This document shows, in pieces, positions 27,633-28,098 of a stretch of DNA of 28,098 bases; the first letter of the stretch is position 1; every line of letters starts with the position of its first letter. This stretch comes from Candidatus Nanopelagicales bacterium (GTDB lineage Bacteria; Actinomycetota; Actinomycetes; S36-B12; CAIYMF01): NCBI GenBank assembly GCA_039922855.1, contig JBDTDW010000142.1, positions 1 through 28,098 of the forward strand. Reading direction: 5' to 3'. The notes under the pieces are model-generated. The model worked only from the letters and a program-made list of their open reading frames with translations. It had not been told where the DNA came from and made no database searches. The translations under genes were made by a program, and so were the position numbers.

Positions 27633-28098
27633 ATGACCGAGATCGAGATCGGCCGGGGCAAGCGGGCCCGTTCGGCGTACGCCCTCGACGACATTGCCGT
27701 CGTCCCGAGCCGACGTACCCGCGACCCCGAGGCGGTGTCGGTGTCCTGGCAGATCGACGCCTACCGCTTTGATATCCCCAGAATCGCCGCCCCGATGGAC
27801 TCGGTCGTGTCGCCGAGCAGCGCAGTCGAGATCGGCCGGCTCGGTGGGCTCGCGGTCCTGGACCTGGAAGGGCTGTGGACCAGGTACGACGACCCTGAGC
27901 CCCTGCTCGCGGAGATCGCCGGGTTGGCGGAGGGGGACGTGACGCCACGGCTGCAGGCGCTGTATGCCCAGCCGATCCGTGAAGACCTCATCAAGTCCCG
28001 CATCGCGCAGATCCGCGACGGGGGGGTGACGGTCGCGGCCTCGTTGTCCCCCGCTCGCACCGCGCAGCTCGCCAAGGCTGTCGTCGACGCCGGCGTCG
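27633..28098 (+). CDS. guaB3: GuaB3 family IMP dehydrogenase-related protein; 3' end runs off the window
   Basis: Translated by hand: MTEIEIGRGKRARSAYALDDIAVVPSRRTRDPEAVSVSWQIDAYRFDIPRIAAPMDSVVSP, the characteristic GuaB3 N-terminus. GGAG RBS. Confidence 0.92.
   Translation, partial: MTEIEIGRGKRARSAYALDDIAVVPSRRTRDPEAVSVSWQIDAYRFDIPRIAAPMDSVVSPSSAVEIGRLGGLAVLDLEGLWTRYDDPEPLLAEIAGLAEGDVTPRLQALYAQPIREDLIKSRIAQIRDGGVTVAASLSPARTAQLAKAVVDAGV

Overview
High-GC actinobacterial chromosome segment with two parts. (1) 1-11340: a compact, apparently lower-GC sugar/amino-sugar catabolic cluster. It holds a GH4 (MelA-like) glycosidase (partial), a fold-III PLP deaminase/dehydratase, an operon of SDR, RidA, Zn-dehydrogenase, SMP-30 lactonase and FAH-family enzyme, an IclR regulator and a CUT1 ABC importer. 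A GTTCGA-N4-TCGAAC palindrome recurs at every promoter region of the cluster. (2) 11394-28098: the conserved actinobacterial core run acpS-nnr-alr-alpha/beta hydrolase-tsaE-tsaB-rimI-tsaD-(mmuM)-groES-groEL1-whiB3/whiD-(MerR/B12 regulator, Rv3415c-like protein)-bldM-guaB-guaB3, preceded by a GNAT gene. It contains tandem CIRCE boxes and a strong terminator. No rRNA, tRNA, CRISPR or transposase/integrase was seen. The best leads are: a putative non-phosphorylative amino-sugar-acid pathway with a readable IclR regulon; and a CarH/LitR-like B12 regulator facing whiB3 across an 11-bp direct-repeat array, next to a bldM orthologue with a sigma28/WhiG-like promoter. All family calls come from motif reading and recall; no database search was run.
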